From: Eledone cirrhosa
Lineage: Eukaryota
Length of the DNA: 64,000 bases
Direction of reading: 5' to 3'
Assembly (NCBI GenBank): GCA_964016885.1
Contig: OZ024745.1
Coordinates: forward strand, 97,216,001 to 97,280,000
Shown here: in pieces, positions 27,610 through 42,687 of the stretch
Layout of the letters: each line of letters starts with the position of its first letter
How positions within the stretch are numbered: position 1 is the first letter of the stretch
Notes under the pieces: generated by a model
Database searches by the model: none
Seen by the model: only the letters and a program-made list of their open reading frames with translations
Told to the model about the DNA's origin: nothing
Made by a program: the position numbers and the translations under genes

Positions 27610-27723
27610 ATATGGAATATTGAACATGGTACTTTAATAAGGATATTATTGAGTCACAGCGGTCCTATTTGGCAGCTTGCATGCCAAGGCGAGATTTTAT
27701 TGTCTACATCAAAAGATACAACA
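27610..27723 (+). CDS. Next exon of the same WD40-repeat gene
   Basis: cttattcag|ATATGG...GATACAACA|gtaagt; 114 bp, phase 0/0. Translation IWNIEHGTLIRILLSHSGPIWQLACQGEILLSTSKDTT joins exon 5255-5441 in frame to complete SGSHDTTIR-IWN. Implied intron is about 22.2 kb. Confidence 0.9.
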
Positions 27724-29059
27724 GTAAGTTTACTCTACATTAATATAAATACGATAGAGTCTCACATGAGTAATATATCTATAATACTAAAGCTGTACTT
27801 GTATGTTTGTGCCTCACTTATAGCTCAAATACATCATTCTACTCTAAAAATGTTTGTGTCTATGATCTTTTAAACACAGGCCATTTTACATAAAATAATT
27901 TTCACCAAATTCCGAGAACTATAACTTGCAAGAATAAATTATTTTTTTATTATACAAATTAATAGAAAAAATTACAAATAAGTTTGTTTTGAAACAGCGA
28001 ATGAAGTTTGAAATTTAGTAGAAATAGAAGCTTTCGCCGTATTTTTGACTAAAGAAATGTTAGCCTGATAGTGGGGTTTAAAACGCTCTAAAAAATGGAA
28101 ACGGATGAGTATTGATGTAAAAATGTTTTTTCCCATTATTACGAGCAGCCATATAAAAGTTTATTGTTGTCCATTCACCCCACGACTACATTGATGAATT
28201 AGCTTAGCCAGAAGAGAGCCTGGTTAAAGGCTTCAGAATTTGACCGGCTCTTCACACTCTGAGTTCAAATCTCATCGATATCAACTTTACCTTTCATCCT
28301 TTCGAAGACGATAAAGTAAATTACCTATCGACAGGAGGCGAATTGGTGGAATTATCAAATATGTTTAGTTGAAAATTTTGTAGAATATGTTCCGGCTTTA
28401 AGTGTTCTGAGCTCAAATTTCTTCACACCTTCCTTAGCAGGCCCCTTTCTCTTGGGAAGTAATTGGCCTAGCAACATACTATCATGAACATTTCTCAAAT
28501 ACCAATTGAATTGTGTTCATGACGTATCGTACACTGCTATAAACGGAAATAACAATTAGATGAAGCAATCTAGAACTGCATTATACAATGAGTCCATTCC
28601 TTTTTAATGCGGTAGTGTAAAATTTGAATATTTGGTTGATATTTCTAGTATATTGTGCAACTATATAGAAGCTGCTTTCCTCCAACCCTAGCTCGCTTTT
28701 GTTCGGAAAGATTATGTAAGCTCTTAATGCAGTCTTAAATGTTTTATTATGTAATACGATCGTAACAGGATTCGAAAAAAATTCTTTTGTCTAACATTTC
28801 AAGATAAACCAGCTTATCACAGAATACAATAAGAAAAATTCAGTTTGAATTAGCGGCGTGTTGGAGAAAGATATCGCTCGTATGTAAACAAAAAAAAAAA
28901 AAGAGAATGAATCTTGCAGCCATCTTTGATTAAAATATGTCATTGGTAAAATGATAGTTCTGATGACAGAATTCTCTTTCATGAAACCAGATGAAATTGT
29001 TAATAAATAAGGTTTAAGAGGTTATCGCTTACTAGAATTTCTGTATATTTACATACATA

Positions 29060-29158
<99 letters not shown>

Positions 29159-29329
29159 ACACACATATATATACATGTATATATGTAAGTATGTGTATGT
29201 GTGTGTGTCTATGTGTGTCTGTGTGTGTATATATATATACTCAGTAATTGCATTATAGTAACAAGTAAGGAGATAACTCATTAATCGCCATAAACTTTTT
29301 TTTTTAATAAAACTAATTCATTACTATAC

Positions 29330-29450
29330 CTTTTCTTCTTCTTCTTCTTCTTCTTCTTCTTCTTCTTCTTCTTCTTCTTCTTCTTCTCCCACTTAGTTTT
29401 GGGATGGTCGTGGAGGCAGAATGCCCAAGCATACCTTTCAACGAGTCCTG
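29330..29450 (-). mobile_element. RTE 3' tip with (GAA)n tail
   Basis: Minus strand ...gaaaggtatgcttgggcattctgcctccacgaccatccc...(gaa)n (LPPRPS), similar to the 10030 and 45185 ends. Confidence 0.5.
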
Positions 29451-29658
29451 TTGTATAAATAGACTCCTGAGAATGCGGTACTCTGTTTTTCAACAAAATA
29501 CTATATTTTACGTTGCTCCATTTGCTAGGAGTTGCGACGGGCAGATAGTATCAACAATATAAAGATCAATGGAATCATTGCTTCTTTAGTTAGAACTAAC
29601 GTTCGGTTCCTTTATATTTTTGTTGCATGTAATATATAACTATACAATAAATATTATA

Positions 29659-29844
29659 CAGGTAAAATTCCGTTATAACGAATACCATTATAACAAATGT
29701 TTCAGTATAACTAAATTTTTTTTCAATCCCCGAAGTAATAATAAACAAACACTCGATTTGTTTCGGTCGATCTCGTTATAAAGAATTTTTCGTTACAACG
29801 ATTTTTTTATACCCTGTGAATTTCGTTATAACCGAATTTCACTG
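29659..29844. mobile_element. Tigger/Tc1-like MITE
   Basis: TIRs caggtaaaattccgttataacga / tcgttataaccgaatttcactg with internal gttata(a)c subrepeats. Confidence 0.7.
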
Positions 29845-29845
29845 T

Positions 29846-30300
29846 GCGGTAGATTGGCAGTATCGGTAGAGAGTCGGACGCCATGCTTTCCAGCATAGTT
29901 ACGTCCCTTTACGATCTGAGTTCAAATCCCGCCGAGGTTGACTTAGCCTTTCATCCTTACGAGGTCGATAAAATAAAGTACCAGTAATGCACTGGGTCAT
30001 TGCTGGCCTTGTGCCTAAAGTAGAAACAATTATATAATTTTACTTGAATTATATACTGTCATTGTGTATAATACTTCATTATACATACTTATATGAAGGC
30101 GTGTAGCTGAGTGGTTAGAGAATTGAATTCACAATTTTGAGGTTGTGAGTTCAATTCCTGGACCGGGCGATGCGTTATGTCATTGAGCAAGACACTTTAT
30201 TTCACGTTGCTCCTTCTACCTGGAGTTGCGACCGATAGATAGGAAAGACCGACGGAAACATTGTTTCCTCGGTGCGATTTGACGAAAGTCGATCGATCCT
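29846..30300 (+). mobile_element. Nin-like SINE (29846-30033) and CORE-like SINE (30098-30300)
   Basis: A/B boxes and family cores as above. Confidence 0.85.
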
Positions 30301-30318
30301 TTAATACATACTTATGTA

Positions 30319-30352
<34 letters not shown>

Positions 30353-30358
30353 AGAGAG

Positions 30359-30396
<38 letters not shown>

Positions 30397-32200
30397 GGAG
30401 TGTGTGTGTGTGAGTGCGTGCGTGCGTGCGTGCATGAGTACGGGGGGGGTGTATGTGTGAGTGAGTGAGTGTGTATGTGCGTGCCTGCGTGCATGAGTGT
30501 GTGTGTGTGTGTACGCGTGCGTGTGCGCGTGCGTATGTGCGTAAGTGAGGGAGTGTGTGTGTGTGTGAGAGAGAGAGAGATAATAAAAATATACTGGAAT
30601 GATGCGAACTGAACTATTTAGAATTCTTCTGAATCATTTCAAAATCATCTCATTCTTATTCAAAGAAAGAACAAACAAAACCAAGCTATGTGTTATCTTA
30701 ACCATGTACACTTTCATTTTGTTTATTTTGCTTCAGCAATATATTCATTCTATCAAAATGTCATTGGCTGATTTTGCCCATTTGTTTTTGAGTATATTTA
30801 AATCAGAGAAGAAACAACAATTTAACAACATTACAAAAAGGATGTTGATGATAATTCTGTTGTAGAGTTGTAAAATGTGAAGAAAATTTAAACCCGGATT
30901 TTCAGATTTTTCTCGCGTAAATTTAATGGCAAGTCAGCAAAATTTACAAACGGTTAATGCTTAACAGAGTACTGAAACAGACAACGAGTCAGCGAATGAG
31001 TTGTGTACGCAGCTTAATTTGATTTACAAGATTAATTTGTTAAAATAACGCTGGAAGGAAACTGAAAAATAAAAAGTAAAAGCACGTTTCGAATTGAGAC
31101 TATCAATCAAACGGGTTTAAATTGTGATGTGCTGACGAGAAAATAACTGGGTTCTAATGTTGTTTAAAACGATAGTTTTATTATTTTTCAGCGATTTTTA
31201 CGCCTTTCGCTGACTGTGGAAATCTTGAAGTGAAAATCGACAAAAATATTTTTAGATAATTAAAATTTTATTGGCTTTTACGATGATTTACTGTAAAAAT
31301 CAAATTAATAGAATGCATTTTAAGAATTAATCACGAGTGTACTAAATATCTGGGGTAGACTGAGAAATCATGTTTTCATAATAGATAACCAGCCAGGTAA
31401 AGGGTGTTCATTAGACAAATTTCATATTTAAGATCTATAGTTGAAATTCCAATTATAACCTTGGTCTAATTGGCTAATTTTCTTATTACTTATAATGGAC
31501 AAAATCTTAATTTGGAGTAAATATCTGCCAAGAATGAACATTAGATGTTATCTAATCAGTTTTATTGACCTATTTGAGAAATCAAGACTTGAAATATTAA
31601 AGTAAATAAATTAAATAAAGTATTAACTTGTCTAATTTGACAGAAGATATTGTCAGAAAGCATTAAATGTATGACGAAAGGAATTGATCGTCCTTTTTTT
31701 TTTTTTTTTCAACCATAATGTACTTCACTCTAAGCCAGAGCTTCTCAAACTTTTAGGAGGGTGGTAGCGCTTACTTTGAGAACATCTGCTCTAACCGGTA
31801 GAGTAGATTTAATGTAGTGTTCATTGCCGATATGACATACCTATATGACGGTTGTGACATAGGTAATCATTCTACCTTGCTTCAAAAAGTACCACAAACA
31901 TAACAGAAAATGTCTGGATAGGAATTTTTTTTTTTTATTAGTATGTATCAGAACATTTTATTAATAAAAATAATTAAAAAATCATTAAAAAATCTATTTC
32001 GAATAACAACACTACAGATATTTAAAAGCGGAAAGGCAAGGGCTTTAGCATCACAGAAGAATGAGGGGAGGGGGTGAAAGTGGTGGACTCTATGCCTAGG
32101 GCGTGGCGGTGTTAAGACTGCGTCCCATTTACGGGAAATACAGATTAAATGGTTAACATCTGCGCAAATATTCTGAAATACAAATCCTTTTCAATATAAT

Positions 32201-32386
32201 TGTTTCTACTTTAGGCACAAGGCCAACAATTACCCAGTACATTACTGGTACTTTATTTTATCGACCCCGTAAGGATGAAAGGCAAAGTTAACCTCGGCGG
32301 GATTTGAACTCAGAATGGCAAGGGCCATAACTCTATGCGTCAACGCATGACGTCCGACCCTCTACCGATACTGCCAATCCAACGCC
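32201..32386 (-). mobile_element. Nin-like SINE with ~15-bp TSD
   Basis: ccttttcaatataat on both sides. Confidence 0.88.
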
Positions 32387-32410
32387 CTTTTCAATATAAT
32401 GACAGATATA

Positions 32411-33302
32411 TAAACGGAAAAAATGAACGAAATTTCATTTCTCACTCTTAGTACGGCTGTTACTTAAATATAAGTATGTAGACGTACATACATATATGTA
32501 TATAGACGTACAGTAGTATGTATATATATATATATATACATGCATGCACACATATATATATATGTACGTATGGATTCACCGAACATTTATTATAATGCTC
32601 GGTATGTTTGTAAACAAACGTTGCTGAAGATAGCTAATAAGCTTGAAACTAGTACAGCGTTCCTTTGTCAGTGTTGAACAAATGAGCAACGATGGTTGCT
32701 AGACACTGTACGGCTTAATTCGGGATGTTTGTTTACAAACACACCGAGCATTATAATAAATGTTCGGTGAATCCATACGTACATATATATATGTGTGCAT
32801 GTATCTATATATATATACATACTACTGTACGTCTGTATACATATATGTATGTACGTATACATACTTATATTTAAGTAACAGCCGTACTAAGAGTGAGAAA
32901 TGAAATTTCGTTTCATTTTTTCCGTTTATCGTTTTCGGTACCACGGCCGATTAACTCACTCGATATGCAAATTAGGTTGCTCAGCCGTTAATATGCATAA
33001 GGAAAGTATATACTTTCAGACGTTCAACCATCTGGCAGGAAGGTATACGTTGCTGACGATAGCTAATAAGCTTGAAACTAGTACAGCGTTCCTTTGTCAG
33101 TGTTGAACAAATGAGCAACGATGGTTGCTAGACACTGTACGGCTTAATTCGGGATGTTTGTTTACAAACACACCGAGCATTATAATAAATGTTCGGTGAA
33201 TCCATACGTACATATATATATATATGTGTGCATGTATGTATATATATATGCATACTACTGTACGTCTGTATACATATATGTATGTACGTATACATACTTA
33301 TA
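32411..33302 (+). mobile_element. Retrozyme-like insertion: inverted leader (32411-32618) plus ~1.6 tandem units (429 bp), two HHRs
   Basis: HHRs 32619-32659 and 33048-33088: cgttg-CTGA(A/C)GA-tagct-aata-agctt-GAAA-ctag-TA-cagcg. Confidence 0.85.
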
Positions 33303-34380
33303 CAAACAGATATATAGTTAATCTCCTCTGAAAAACCCTATGTACTCCTGAAAACCTAAAGGAAATTCTGAAATTAGCATTAAAAAATGCTTCTAAACGA
33401 CGCAAAATTATTTGTAATTGAAATGCGTTGTTAATCAATGTAATTTGTTCGTGCAGATTCAAGTATAAGATTCAATATTTGAAAGCTGATTCATATTTCA
33501 TAACTGTTTATTCCATTGTGGCTTCTCAGAAATTAATGACAGCTGGAAACTTAAACTGCTCTCTACTGTTGAACATAATCATTGCCAGCAAAATATCCCC
33601 TCACTCCAATCTTTAGGGAATAAGGAATTCTGTCCGGACATTTTTTTGATCAGTCTATTCGGTAATATATGTATAAAAACGTTTGAAAATAATTAAAAAG
33701 CCATCAGAAGGATTTGAAATTTACTCTAGTATTTTCAATTGTAAATGATAAGCTCATTAAGGAACATTAACTTAAATGCTTAATAGTTACTAATCATTAA
33801 AATCATGCAGATATTTCCACTCAAATGTTAACAAGAGTGAACGGCAGCAAGAGAGAGAGTACAAACAGTATCTCTACTATATGCAAATATTATTAGATTT
33901 GAGAAATCATTATGGAATATGCACTGGGCAGAAATATTCATGAAAAATGTCTTTAGGATAGACTAAATTGGCATAACAATTTTAAAGTTGATTTATACAC
34001 ATGAATATGAGATATGAATTATACAAATTGTCCAATCAATGCAGTTGCATTTATAATAGGATATCCTAATTACATTTAAATTTAATTAAATATTTCATGA
34101 ATCAATCAAGAATAATTACAGAACAGATTTGTCGAATTTATAGTCTTAGACGAGAATAGAGTAATATTAAAATGTATGTATATAAGCGTATACATGCAAG
34201 CGTATGAGAAGTTCTGCGATCTTATAGGTTAAAACCCAGGTGCCATTCTTTCACCTTTCTATTGATGACCATAATCATTTGTCTTCTGGGTGAGATTAAA
34301 TGTATGAAACCTAGGTATCACATAAACATCTTAAGTGATTTACTCTGTACGTCCAACAATATGGAAGCATACCAATAAGT

Positions 34381-34440
<60 letters not shown>

Positions 34441-34566
34441 TCAAATGTACAAGATACGTATATATTTTTTAAAGAACAAAATAAAGCAGAAACAGCTATA
34501 CATACACTCACACAGATATATATGTGTCTGTGTGTGTATGTATATGTCTATATATATATATCTATG

Positions 34567-35100
<534 letters not shown>

Positions 35101-35618
35101 TGGTAAACGGAAAAGAAAATGCTGACAAATTGTTCACAGTGAAAAATAGTTTAATTAGGAATAAGTGAGAATTAGTAATAGTATTGGTTAGTATTCAGTT
35201 TTGGTTTTAAGTTTTACCGGTTGCGCATTTCTAATGTTTTTCAAAAATAATTTTGAGATAGAGCGTCCGTGATGTTTGCTCTGATCTGATTAGTTTTGGG
35301 AATTCTACCTGTTTTTATGTTAAAAAAGTGGCTCCAGCGGTATTAAAATAAGTTTTGCGCCAATTCGTGTTGCAAAAATTCTTGTGGTCAAAACAATTTT
35401 GATTGGTCGGTAGAGGTCATTATGAATGTTAAAAATTGATTTTGCGCCAAATGTAGGTTGTGTCGGATGATTGAGAAGTCACTGAGAAATAAGTCTTTCA
35501 AAACAAATATGTGCGTGTGTGTGTGTAGTAGTAGTAAATAGGTTCGTTGTTGTGATAATGGTCAGCAGGGATGTGTGTGCGAACCGCAGCCTGTTGACAA
35601 TTCAAATGCCTATTAAGA

Positions 35619-35655
<37 letters not shown>

Positions 35656-35760
35656 CAGAGTAATTCGTGGTAGAGGGATGGTCAGTAGAAATGTCTGTAA
35701 GTTTGTGGGGGATAATTTAACATGTTAAAAGATATTTTTCAGCTCTTGTCTTATACGGAG

Positions 35761-35807
<47 letters not shown>

Positions 35808-35988
35808 TGTGTTTCTTTGTATGTTAATGTACGCGTGTGTATGTGTGTGTGTGTGTTTCTTTGTATGTTAATGTACGCGTGTGTATGTGTGTGTGTGTGT
35901 GTATATGTGTGTGTTTCACTGTGAAGAATTTGTCAGCATTTTCTTTTCCGTTTACCAATATATCGTAGCTTGTGTGTTACACCTCTAT

Positions 35989-36756
<768 letters not shown>

Positions 36757-37533
36757 TTTCTGAATTTGTTTAGCAAGATTCTTTATCTGAAATCGTGTGT
36801 TGAAACCGATATTGTTATACTTTGGGAGGGTCATGTTGCCAATAAGAAACACACGCACCAGTTGCTTTCACTTCAATTTATTATATATTTATAAATTTAT
36901 AAATTTATAAATTTATAAATTTCTGGTTGGTTGGTTGGTTCCACAACCAGATAGTTGTTTATATATAGTCATAGTTCTTTCGTCACACACTCTGTGACCT
37001 CTTCAGTGACTGGGGATTCCTTTCTTTGTTTCTGTGCCTCTCTTTTGTTCTGTCCTACGCCATTTTGTTTCTGTGTGTGTGTTGTGTGCTCAGTCTGCGC
37101 ATGCGCCACATCCGGGTGTCTGTGTGTGTTTATGTTCATTTATTTATTTGTTTATTTACATGTTACTGGTTGGTTGTTTGTTCTATGTGTGTGTTTTCAT
37201 TTTGTCCTTAATTGTAAGTTGTGATGTTGCTGTTCCACTCATATTTTCTATTTAATTTTGGTTGTAATTCTTTTATGTTTATTGCCTCTGTAATTTGTCT
37301 AAACATTGCGTCTTTTCTGTGTGTAGATTCTATTTTTATTTCTATGTTCTCTAATTTACCCTTGTGTTCTATCTTAGCATGTTGGTAGAGTACAGATGAT
37401 TCTTTATTATCTTGAAGGTCTCGCCAGTGTTCATTTATCCGTTCCCCTACACTACGAGCTGTCTCACCTATGTACACTATATTTTTGTCTCTACATTGTC
37501 CTTCAGTACATCTTATGCTATACACTACATTTC

Positions 37534-38860
37534 TAGACTAAAACTAACCCTTAAGGAACATATGTTCAAATTTAATGGAAAAACATATGCCCAAGAGGAA
37601 GGAGCAGCCATTGGTGTTAGCATTGCAGGCAACATAGCTAACTTATTCATGGTATGGTGGGACAGTAGACTTAAACTTAAACTTAAAGAACAATTAGAAG
37701 ACCCTTTAACCCTGATAATGTACTCCCGCTACGTAGATGATATAAACATCGTAGTTAAGACACCCCCACTAGAGAAGAGTCAGGAACTAGAGAAAAACAC
37801 AATGGAAAGCATCCAGCAAATAGCAAACTCCATCCACCAGAGCATTAGAGTTACTATAGACTACCCAAGTAAACACCCCAACCATCGATTACCTGTACTA
37901 GACACAGAGCTCTGGTTAGATACCATTAACAACACGAAACAAATCCTCCATTTCCATTATGCCAAACCCATGACTTCCAAACATCTGATCCACCGAAACT
38001 CGGCCATTTCGGACCATGCCAAAATCAACATACTAATTGCGGATTTGGTACGGGTGATGAGAAATGTGTCCCGCATGTGCAACCCCGAAGAACTAGAGAG
38101 ACACATACAACACTTTATCCACCGTATGCAGTTCTCTGGCTACAATCAGAGAGATAAAATCAGAGTGTATAGAGGAGCCAGAACCAAATGGGAAAAAATG
38201 GTAAATAATGACATAAATGGGACCTGCCCCTTGTATAGGAGCAAATTTTGGAATAGAATAGAAAGAACTAGGAACAAGGCTAATAGAATAAACTCATGGT
38301 ATGATAGCAATAAATACCAGAGTGTAATGTTCATCGATACAACCCCTAGAGGTGAATTAGCTTACAAATTTAGAAGGGCCCTAAATAAACATAAACTCAA
38401 TATTAAGATAGTAGAAAGACCAGGTACTTCCGTAAAAACACTTATTAGCAAGACATACCCTTTTCAAAGACCCTCATGTATAGATAAGAAATGTATAACC
38501 TGTAAAATAAGGCCCCATATTAACTGTAAAACTCGAAATATAGTGTATAGCATAAGATGTACTGAAGGACAATGTAGAGACAAAAATATAGTGTACATAG
38601 GTGAGACAGCTCGTAGTGTAGGGGAACGGATAAATGAACACTGGCGAGACTTTCAAGATAATAAAGAATCATCTGTACTCTACCAACATGCTAAGATAGA
38701 ACACAAGGGTAAATTAGAGAACATAGAAATAAAAATAGAATCTACACACAGAAAAGACGCAATGTTTAGACAAATTACAGAGGCAATAAACATAAAAGAA
38801 TTACAACCAAAATTAAATAGAAAATATGAGTGGAACAGCAACATCACAACTTACAATTAA
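37534..38860 (+). CDS. PLE reverse transcriptase (C-terminal half) + GIY-YIG endonuclease, uninterrupted
   Basis: QEEGAAIG..IANLFM, RYVDD, LPVLD, CxxC linker, NIVYSIRC...VYIGET.R...RINEH, QITEAINI..LNRKYE. The first ~40 aa of the called ORF (37412) come from the inverted arm. Confidence 0.92.
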
Positions 38861-39056
38861 GGACAAAATGAAAACACACACATAGAACAAACAACCAACC
38901 AGTAACATGTAAATAAACAAATAAATAAATGAACATAAACACACACAGACACCCGGATGTGGCGCATGCGCAGACTGAGCACACAACACACACACAGAAA
39001 CAAAATGGCGTAGGACAGAACAAAGGAGAGGCACAGAAACAAAGAAAGGAATCCCC

Positions 39057-39101
39057 AGTCACTGAAGAGGTCACAGAGTGTGTGACGAAAGAACTATGAC
39101 T
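39057..39101 (+). ncRNA. Minimal type I HHR in the PLE 3' UTR
   Basis: agtca-CTGAAGA-g-gtcaca-gagtg-tgtgac-GAAA-gaac-TA-tgact. Confidence 0.85.
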
Positions 39102-39263
39102 ATATATATAAACAACTATCTGGTTGTGGAACCAACCAACCAACCAGAAATTTATAAATTTATAAATTTATAAATTTATAAATATATAATAAATTGAAGT
39201 GAAAGCAACTGGTGCGTGTGTTTCTTATTGGCAACATGACCCTCCCAAAGTATAACAATATAT

Positions 39264-39301
<38 letters not shown>

Positions 39302-39399
39302 ATATTTATTAAAATAACAGATTAAAGTTTAAGCAAAGAATCGCTGCTTTCACCCTTATCGAGCCCTCTTTGGATTTTAGTCTTCAAATTTATTATTAT

Positions 39400-39446
<47 letters not shown>

Positions 39447-39451
<5 letters not shown>

Positions 39452-40253
39452 GACGTAAAATAAGAAAATTTTAAAAATTAAAAATTAACTTACTTACTAA
39501 AATTTTCACTCCAACTAATTAGTTTCTATAAGGGAATAAATATAGTTACGTAATGTAACTATAGAGAAGTCCTTACGTCATCAGGGAGTCTATTCTCAGC
39601 TAAGTTCCCAGGCAATGCGCGGACACTAGGAACCCATATAAAAATAATAATTCAGTGGATGGAATAAAGCTAGCGGGGACTAAATTCCAGGGCACTGAAA
39701 AAATTCACTGCCTACTAGGTCAGTGGCAAATTCTAAAGAATCAATCTCGTGACTCTGAGGTTAATCAGTGAGGAGTGGGGTGGTATTATGACAAGAGCCT
39801 AACTACTACCATGAACCATAGAAGTAAATTTTGGCAAGTTTCGCTCAACAAATAATTTGGAGATAAATATAGAGAATTAGTATATCTACCAACATATGTA
39901 TACAGATGTATACCCATGCTAGCAAATATATATGTTATGTCTTAGTACCTTTGTGGTTCTATGCAGGGGGATGCAGAACAATTATATGAAAGACGTAAAA
40001 TAAGAAAATTTTAAAAATTAAAAATTAACTTTTACATTACGTAACTATATTTATTCCCTTACAGAAACTAATTAGTTGGAGTGAAAATTTTAGTAAGTTA
40101 AGTTTTAATTTTTAAAATTTTCTTATTTTACGTCTTTCATATAATTGTTCTGCATCCCCTGCATAGAACCACAAAGGTACTAAGACATAACATATATATT
40201 TGCTAGCATGGGTATACATCTGTATACATATGTTGGTAGATATACTAATTCTC
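39447..40253 (-). mobile_element. 540-bp retrozyme-like unit with terminal redundancy and inverted leader; HHR 39509-39588
   Basis: tgaaagacgtaaaataag repeats at 39447 and 39987; palindrome 39872-40253; ctcc-CTGATGA-[gtaagg/ccttat; tatagttac/gtaactata]-GAAA-ctaattag-TT-ggag. Confidence 0.85.
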
Positions 40254-40254
40254 G

Positions 40255-40338
<84 letters not shown>

Positions 40339-40357
40339 ATATGTATGTATATATATA

Positions 40358-40464
<107 letters not shown>

Positions 40465-40469
40465 GTATG

Positions 40470-40501
<32 letters not shown>

Positions 40502-40510
40502 CATACATAT

Positions 40511-40571
<61 letters not shown>

Positions 40572-40574
40572 TAT

Positions 40575-40647
<73 letters not shown>

Positions 40648-40696
40648 ATACTAATTGGAATATACATACACATATATATATATATATGTATGTATG

Positions 40697-40745
<49 letters not shown>

Positions 40746-40796
40746 GTATATATATGTATGTATATATGTATGTATATATATGTATATAAGTATGTA

Positions 40797-40839
<43 letters not shown>

Positions 40840-40844
40840 ATATG

Positions 40845-40907
<63 letters not shown>

Positions 40908-40914
40908 ATACTAA

Positions 40915-41493
40915 TTGGAAAATGTAACAACTTTAGCAGAAAAAGCTTGGACGCTCAGGGATAGCAATCAAAAGTTTACCCTAAAATGGGAAAAATTAGC
41001 TAAAACCCAAAGCTTTTCCAGGAGCCAAAATTTCTGCAAATTGTGTAATCTTGAGATTTATTACATAATCACACACAAGAAGAAACTGCTGAATAACAGA
41101 ATTGAACGAACATTATTCTGCCGTCGCAGAACTAAAACCCTTTTTTCCCACTACAAGCCGAATATTACATAAAAGAGGGACATCCCCCAACTATATAAAC
41201 CTTAATCTAGTTAGAAAAATATAAAAACAATCTCTTCTCAACATATATTAATAACCTTAAATTACCATACTAATAATGAAAAGATATGCTGATGAGAATA
41301 GGTGCAAATATGCGATAATGAATGTGTCTAAAAACGTCCATAAGTATGTATATATATGTGAAAATGTATATAAATAAGTAAATATATATATATGTTTGAT
41401 GTGTATAGTTAGATGTAAGTGTATTCATGTATTAAAGTGCTTATATATATATATATATATATATGTGTGTATGTGTATATGTGTGTGTGTGGG

Positions 41494-41560
<67 letters not shown>

Positions 41561-42297
41561 ATGTATATATGTATATATATATGTGTATGTATGTATGTGT
41601 ATGTGGATGTGTATGTATGCGTATGTGTGTACACATGGACTAGAGTATGTATGTATATATGTGTGTGTCTATACGTGTGTATATATAAAGATAAGTTGAG
41701 TATGAAAATGTATACACATGAGCGCGTATGTATGTACATGAATACATGTGTGTATATATATGTGTATGCATGTGTATATATATGTAAGTATGAATATGTG
41801 AATTGTGAGTATATGTATTTTGTAGAGGTGTGCAAATATATTTGTGTGTGAATGCGTGGGTGAAAGAATACGTACACTTGAAAGAAAAATTTAAGTCTGA
41901 ATGTTAAGTGCAAACACAAAACCAACCACGCATATCTTTACTATCTCTAATCCTTCTATAGATTTAGAAAAATAACCAATAATATATTCCATAAAAAATG
42001 TCAAAACAACAGATGGGAATCTAATTACTCACTGCCACCAAGAATTCTCACTGCTATCGAAAAACCACTCCTTCAACTATTCTTCTAACAACTTCACCCC
42101 TCCCTCCTAATATTCTCTATAAAAACTAAATAGGTCCTCAGTAATATTATTCTGATGAAATGACAGTAAATAATAACATTGAAATATTGAATGTCTGCAT
42201 AACTAAAAGTTTGTAGATAGCTGTTTTAGGTTATGTAACTGTTATAGAAACACGTGTCAATAAATTCCTTTCAACTAAACTGTATCCATTCAAATCT

Positions 42298-42300
<3 letters not shown>
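40915..42300 (+). pseudogene. 3' end of a second PLE type: GIY-YIG C-terminus plus long 3' UTR ending in HHR 42147-42263
   Basis: [11 protein letters not shown]...LKWEKL...CKLCNLEIYYI...LLNNRIE...CRRR. HHR ttatt-CTGATGA-[atgacagt/actgttat, large loop]-GAAA-cacgtg-TC-aataa, then (TA)n. Linkage of ORF and HHR is inferred. Confidence 0.7.
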
Positions 42301-42388
<88 letters not shown>

Positions 42389-42687
42389 ATACTAATTGGA
42401 ATATGCACCTTCAGTTAAAATTAATTGACTAGGTTTTAAAAAAACACGAATTTCTTTTCTGATATAATTGACAGCAATGGAATGAATATATAAGATAATG
42501 AATTATACTGAGAAGTTTATTGTCTTACAAATCTGTCCTTGTTTTTACTGTCTATTGTCAATATCATATATATATATATTTTACATAGCTATATTTTGTA
42601 GCATAAGTTAAATAACGACAGAAAAATAGGTTAATGAAAAATAACAACTGAAGAAACTCATGATAAACAACATCCTTGTTTTGTTTT

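Larger units (their letters stand above)
36755..39260 (+). mobile_element. Young 5'-truncated Penelope-like element (possibly Naiad-like) with ~725-bp inverted end, in (TA)n
   Basis: Left arm 36809-37533 is the reverse complement of 38535-39260; extra 54-nt tail 36755-36808; HHRs at 36967-37011 (-) and 39057-39101 (+). Confidence 0.93.
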
